A DNA stretch of 64,000 nucleotides, taken from Acidobacteriota bacterium (lineage in GTDB: Bacteria > Acidobacteriota > UBA6911 > RPQK01 > JAJDTT01). The DNA lies in contig CBDCJH010000002.1 of assembly GCA_965217775.1 (NCBI GenBank), forward strand, positions 2,496,001-2,560,000, written 5' to 3'. Each line of letters opens with the position of its first letter. The first letter of the stretch is position 1. Positions 62,333 to 64,000 of this stretch are shown piece after piece. The position numbers and the translations under genes were made by a program. Below the pieces are notes generated by a model. That model saw only the letters and a list, made by a program, of their open reading frames with translations. It made no database searches and was not told the origin of the DNA.

Positions 62333-62500
62333 GTCGATTTTAAGGAACAACCCGGACGAATTTGGAGCTAATTCGTGAAATTAGGATGATATTTTGGTCA
62401 GTACAGTGATACTTTAGTGAAATGTTCCACCCGAACCGCCCTCACCGGGGGCGACCGGGGGATTCAGGGAAGGGATCGTCTTTCGACTACTCTCGGCGGG
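62333..62500 (-). promoter_or_regulatory. Conserved intergenic spacer with putative promoter of giant gene 2
   Basis: Homolog of 47474-47641; -10 reads TAAAAT. Confidence 0.55.
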
Positions 62501-64000
62501 TCATCTTTGAATCGGCACTACCGGCAGGGTGGTGAAGATCCGGTTGCCGGTATCCAGCTCCACCGCGACTCCCGTGAACAGGCCTTCCCCGAGAGCCGTG
62601 CATCTCACCGATCCGACGAAGTCTCTGGTATCCGTCCGGGTGAAGACCTCTTCGATGAACCGGGCATGCTGTCCGTGGGCGTTGAGACGGATGTCCACCT
62701 CTTCCAGCGCCTCGCCCCCGCTCATCAATTGGCACCGCACCGTTGCGCGCTGCGACGCCAGGTTGCGGATCGCCGCCGCGGTGCGGATCCCTCCCGCTTG
62801 CCGGCGGGCCGGGAACAGGGCGTCCACCGTGGGTTGACTCGCGCCCACCCCGGCCACGCCGACGCCGGGGATGTCGAAGCGCAGGACGCCGCCGATGGGC
62901 CCGTTCGACACCACCCGCACCGATCCCGTCACCACGTCTCCCCGGCCGTGGGTCGAGATCGTCAACTCGCCCAGACGGGCCAGGGCCGTTCGCAGGGTCA
63001 AGCCTCCATCTTCTCGGATGAGAAGATGGTCTTCGACCTCCACCATGGATTCCGGCTCCAGCAGTTCACCGCCCTGATCGTAAAAGTAGATGGCGGGACG
63101 GGCCGTTGACGCCGCCACGTTCACCAGCACCAGGTCGGAGGTGATCAAGGTTCCGTCGGCGGAAGTTCCATTGGCGAAATGCGCGAAGGTCAGGGTCGTT
63201 TCTTCCTCTTCGCCGCCGTCCGGATCCACGGGCACCACCGGCAGCGTGGTGAAGATCCGGTTGCCCGCATCCAGTTCCACCGCCACTCCCGTGAACGATT
63301 CACCGGCCGGGACCGTACAGCGCACCGACCCCACGAAGTCCGTGGTGTCGGTCTCCGTGAACAGTTCCTCGATGAACTGGGCGTCCTGGCCGTTGGCGCT
63401 GAGTTCGATCTCCCCCTCTTCCAGCACGCTGCCGTTCTTCAGCAACCGGCACTGCACCTTCACCGCTTCCGGGCCCAGGTTGTGGATCGCTGCCGCCGTC
63501 CGGATCCCGCCCGCCTGCCGCCGCGCCGGGAACAGGGCGTCCGCCGTGGGTTCGCTGGCGCCCACGCCGGCTACCCCGATCCCGGGGATGTCAAAGCGCA
63601 CCACTCCGCCGACAGGTCCGTCCGACACGACCCGGACCGACCCCGTCACCACTTCGCCCCGGCCGTGGGTCGAGATCGTCAGCTCGCCCAGCGACGCCAT
63701 CTCCGTCCGGGGCGACAGCCCTCCGTCCTCCCGGATCTCCAGATCCTCCCCGACATCCACCACGGACTCGGCCTCAAACAGATCTCCCTCCCGGTCGAAG
63801 AAGTAGATGACGGGACGGATCTCCGACTCGGCCACGTTCACCAGCACCAGGTCGGAGGTGATGAGGACGTCGTTGCCCGAGACCCCGTTGCCGAAATGGG
63901 CGAACTCCAGGATCACCTCCTCGGCCATGGGCGTGGCCTCGACCGGGCTGGAGGGAGGACTTGGACCGACTGAATTCACCGCCCGCACCTCGAAGACGTA
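62501..64000 (-). CDS. C-terminal part of a third giant-protein paralog (5' end outside the window)
   Basis: End of FN3 plus the duplicated C-terminal module ending ...GNRIFTTLPVVPIQR, as in proteins 1 and 2. Confidence 0.9.
   Translation of the reverse strand, partial: YVFEVRAVNSVGPSPPSSPVEATPMAEEVILEFAHFGNGVSGNDVLITSDLVLVNVAESEIRPVIYFFDREGDLFEAESVVDVGEDLEIREDGGLSPRTEMASLGELTISTHGRGEVVTGSVRVVSDGPVGGVVRFDIPGIGVAGVGASEPTADALFPARRQAGGIRTAAAIHNLGPEAVKVQCRLLKNGSVLEEGEIELSANGQDAQFIEELFTETDTTDFVGSVRCTVPAGESFTGVAVELDAGNRIFTTLPVVPVDPDGGEEEETTLTFAHFANGTSADGTLITSDLVLVNVAASTARPAIYFYDQGGELLEPESMVEVEDHLLIREDGGLTLRTALARLGELTISTHGRGDVVTGSVRVVSNGPIGGVLRFDIPGVGVAGVGASQPTVDALFPARRQAGGIRTAAAIRNLASQRATVRCQLMSGGEALEEVDIRLNAHGQHARFIEEVFTRTDTRDFVGSVRCTALGEGLFTGVAVELDTGNRIFTTLPVVPIQR

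Noticed and set aside
62135-62350. 72-aa N-terminal extension of giant protein 2
   Set aside because: It translates REP palindromes; the RBS and signal peptide point to ATG at 62134.
17476-64000. Diversity-generating retroelement acting on the LRR or giant genes
   Set aside because: No reverse transcriptase in the window, and the differences I inspected between repeats are not adenine-specific.
1-64000. tRNA, rRNA or riboswitch genes
   Set aside because: None recognised in the intergenic regions by eye; a covariance-model scan would be needed to exclude them.

Overview
GC-rich bacterial DNA. By inference from its gene content it resembles a host-associated (e.g. sponge-symbiont) Acidobacteriota/PVC-like genome; this is not verified. 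The left half (1-31 kb) holds: a TPP-dependent 2-oxoacid/acetoin dehydrogenase E1 alpha/beta pair; two DUF1549/DUF1553-DUF1501 clusters; a fusion of a Ccr/Pcs-type enoyl-CoA reductase with an enoyl-CoA hydratase; two tandem secreted plant-type LRR proteins; heme-c propeller, DUF1080, PhyH and GH-like genes; one complete and several decayed toxin-antitoxin modules; a group II intron 3' remnant inside a 692-bp duplication; an IS630 remnant; and several REP-like families. The right half (31.4-64 kb) is a tandem array of at least three paralogous giant secreted proteins (the two complete ones are ~4,800-5,300 aa). Their order is: pseudo-subtilase, propeptide, Glu-type subtilase, 3 GLUG modules, 6-8 Ig/SwmB-like repeat pairs, Calx-beta, 32-36 prolines, FN3, duplicated C-terminal module. 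The most promising leads are (1) this diversifying array and a C-terminal module apparently shared with the LRR proteins, a possible lineage-specific sorting/anchoring signal; (2) a REP arm at an in-frame domain-deletion junction; (3) the reductase-hydratase fusion. All domain calls come from motifs recognised by eye; no searches were run.
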